From an uncultured Lentisphaeraceae bacterium (lineage in GTDB: Bacteria > Verrucomicrobiota > Kiritimatiellia > RFP12 > DVOR01), in contig CASDPK010000011.1 in assembly GCA_949282555.1 (NCBI GenBank), positions 2,896 to 66,895 on the forward strand: DNA of 64,000 bases, written 5' to 3'. Each line of letters starts with the position of its first letter. The first letter of the stretch is position 1. Both the position numbers and the translations under genes were made by a program. The notes below the pieces were generated by a model. It worked only from the letters and a program-made list of their open reading frames with translations. It did no database searches and had not been told where the DNA came from. Below, piece after piece: positions 61,897 to 64,000 of this stretch.

Positions 61897-63507
61897 GTGA
61901 GGACCATTGACTGCGATTATTTGGTGGTGGGTTCCGGCATCGCCGGGACGATGGCCGCGATGCGTCTGGCGGAACATGGCCGAGTGTTGCTCGTGACCAA
62001 ACGCGCACTCGACGAGGCCAACACCAACTACGCCCAGGGCGGCATTTCCTGCGTCATGGGAACGGATGATTCCTTTGATCTGCACGTGGCCGATACGCTG
62101 GATGCCGGCGCGGGGCTGTGCCACGAGGATGTGGTGCGGCGGATTGTTGAGGCAGGGCCGGCGTGTCTTCGCAAACTTATCGACTTTGGCGTGCCCTTCA
62201 CGAAGTCTGAGGGGTCTGCCTGTCCGGAAGGGTTTGACCTCACACGCGAGGGTGGGCACACCCGTCGGCGCATTTTGCACGCGGGGGACATCACCGGGCG
62301 TGAGGTGGAGCGGACGTTGGCGGCACGGGTGCGGGCCACGAAAGGCGTGCACGTCTGCGAGAACACGCTGCTTATCGACCTGGTGACGACCCGTTTCCTG
62401 CGGGAGGCCGGCGAGAATCGCGTGGTCGGAGCCTACTTGCTGAGCACCGAAACGGGTGAGATTTGGGCCGTGCGCACGGGTGCGGTGCTCTTGGCGACGG
62501 GTGGTTGCGGCAAGGTGTATCAATATACCTGCAATCCGGACATCGCCACCGGCGACGGAGTGGCCATCGCGTGGCGGGCAGGGGCAAAGATCCGCAACAT
62601 GGAGATGGTGCAGTTTCATCCCACGTGCCTTTACCACCCCAAGGCCAAGCGGTTTCTCATCAGCGAGGCTGTCCGCGGAGAGGGTGCCGAGTTGGTGACG
62701 CGCGATGGCGAACCCTTTATGGATCGTTATGATCCCCGTGGTTCGTTGGCTCCGCGCGACATCGTGGCGCGGGCGATCGATTCGGAGATGAAGAAGCGCG
62801 GCGACGCTTATTGTTGCTTGGATATTCGCCATAAAGGCGAGGCGTACTTGAAGGCCCGCTTCCCCGGCATCTATGCCAAGTGCCTCGAGTTTGGCATCGA
62901 TATGGCGCGGGACCTTATCCCGATCGTGCCGGCGGCCCATTATTGTTGCGGTGGCATTGCGGCCGATGTGGAGGGGCGCACCACGTTGCCGGGGCTTTAT
63001 GCCATTGGCGAATGTGCCTGTACCGGCTTGCATGGCGCGAATCGCCTGGCCAGCAACTCCTTGTTGGAAGCGCTTGTTTGCGGGTGCGCGTGTGCCGATG
63101 CGTTGTGCGCTGAGCCCGTGCCCTCCGTGGCCCATGTCACGGTGCCCGATTGGGTCTATGGCCACGCCGTGCCTACCGATGAGGCCGTGCTTGTGGCGCA
63201 CAACTGGCAGGAACTCCGCACGTGCATGTGGGACTACGTGGGCATCGTCCGCACCGATAAGCGTCTGCGTCGGGCCCTGCGCCGCGTGCGCAATCTCCGG
63301 GAGGAGATCAACGAGTATTACTTCGATTATCTCGTGAATGCCGATATCCTTGAGTTGCGCAATATTGCCGATGTGGCGGAGCTCATCATCTCTTCGGCCA
63401 TGGCGCGCCACGAGAGCCGCGGACTTCACTATACCCTCGACTATCCTGAACGGTTGAGGATCGCCCGTGACACTGACCTTGTCCGTGCGCCGGAGAAGGA
63501 ATGGTGA
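61897..63507 (+). CDS. nadB: L-aspartate oxidase
   Basis: GSGIAG, AQGGI, EGGH, QFHPT, HGANRLASNSLLE, ESRGLH. Confidence 0.96.
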   Translation: MRTIDCDYLVVGSGIAGTMAAMRLAEHGRVLLVTKRALDEANTNYAQGGISCVMGTDDSFDLHVADTLDAGAGLCHEDVVRRIVEAGPACLRKLIDFGVPFTKSEGSACPEGFDLTREGGHTRRRILHAGDITGREVERTLAARVRATKGVHVCENTLLIDLVTTRFLREAGENRVVGAYLLSTETGEIWAVRTGAVLLATGGCGKVYQYTCNPDIATGDGVAIAWRAGAKIRNMEMVQFHPTCLYHPKAKRFLISEAVRGEGAELVTRDGEPFMDRYDPRGSLAPRDIVARAIDSEMKKRGDAYCCLDIRHKGEAYLKARFPGIYAKCLEFGIDMARDLIPIVPAAHYCCGGIAADVEGRTTLPGLYAIGECACTGLHGANRLASNSLLEALVCGCACADALCAEPVPSVAHVTVPDWVYGHAVPTDEAVLVAHNWQELRTCMWDYVGIVRTDKRLRRALRRVRNLREEINEYYFDYLVNADILELRNIADVAELIISSAMARHESRGLHYTLDYPERLRIARDTDLVRAPEKEW

Positions 63508-63628
63508 GCCGCGCCTCCGCCCATCGTTTCGGGGACACGCAGAGCCCTCGCAGGGAAAACACTCCGCGTTTTGGGTGTTTGGCCGAGGTTGCTTCTTCTA
63601 AGGCTTGGGCCCTGGGGGGATTTCGCTC

Positions 63629-64000
63629 ATGAATGTTTGGATCAATAACCCATTCGACAATCTTCCCGGCGAAGGGCGCCGTCCGCAACGCTACTGTCTG
63701 CTTTGTCGGGCCCTCGCGAAAGCGGGGCATCGGGTGGTCTGGTGGAGCAGTGATTTCTCGCACCCGCTCAAGCGGCATCGCACGCTGGAACCGGTCTACG
63801 ACCTCCCTGAAGGATTTCAGGTACGGCTGATTCCCACGATGCCCTATTACGACAACATCGGGTTGCGGCGTGCATGGAGCCATCGCCGTTACGCCGCCGC
63901 GTGGAAGCGTTTGGCCGAGGCCGCTGTGGCGGCCGGCGAACTCCCGAAACCCGACCTCATCCTTACGTCTTGGCCTCCCATTGACACTGCCGCCGTGGCG
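63629..64000 (+). CDS. GT4 glycosyltransferase N-terminus (runs off window)
   Basis: Hand translation MNVWINNPFDNLPGE..RALAKAGHRVVWWSSDFSH..PDLIL. Confidence 0.75.
   Translation, partial: MNVWINNPFDNLPGEGRRPQRYCLLCRALAKAGHRVVWWSSDFSHPLKRHRTLEPVYDLPEGFQVRLIPTMPYYDNIGLRRAWSHRRYAAAWKRLAEAAVAAGELPKPDLILTSWPPIDTAAVA

Overview
High-GC bacterial chromosome segment. The EF-Tu effector-loop insertion, LPS genes and the many secreted DUF1080/Gfo proteins suggest a PVC-group (Kiritimatiellia/Lentisphaerae-like) anaerobe; this is inference only. In order, the window holds: (1) a lower-GC accessory patch of orphan genes (1-3.8 kb); (2) the translation cluster 2x tRNA-Thr-tuf-rpmG-tRNA-Trp-secE-nusG-rplKAJL, which is not followed by rpoBC; (3) a ~14.5 kb tightly packed housekeeping/envelope run (lpxL-like, HNH, gmk, coaC, mcsA, degenerate mcsB, LolA-like, AI-2E, lptF/G, NERD, prc, dxs, mutL); (4) a flavodoxin with a MerR-type promoter; (5) a sugar cluster (lipoprotein lyxose-isomerase-like, VOC, dhaKL, lsrF-like); (6) waaA, pyrF, GH20, ribE, pgi, a HARE-HTH-Mrr nuclease, tsaC and 2x tRNA-Asp; (7) a glycan-degradation island (unknown secreted protein, decayed GH38/GH29 chimera, GH2, sialidase) next to an exported Gfo/TIM/DUF1080 cluster; (8) a murU-amgK-like fusion, fumarase alpha subunit, nadB and a partial GT4. 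The most unexpected signals are a dispersed intergenic repeat family of 13-bp palindromes (GATRC-N3-GYATC) at a 22-bp period, catalytically degenerate McsB and MutL, and several apparently leaderless genes. No CRISPR array, integrase or transposase was seen. All product calls rest on motif recognition by eye, with no database search.
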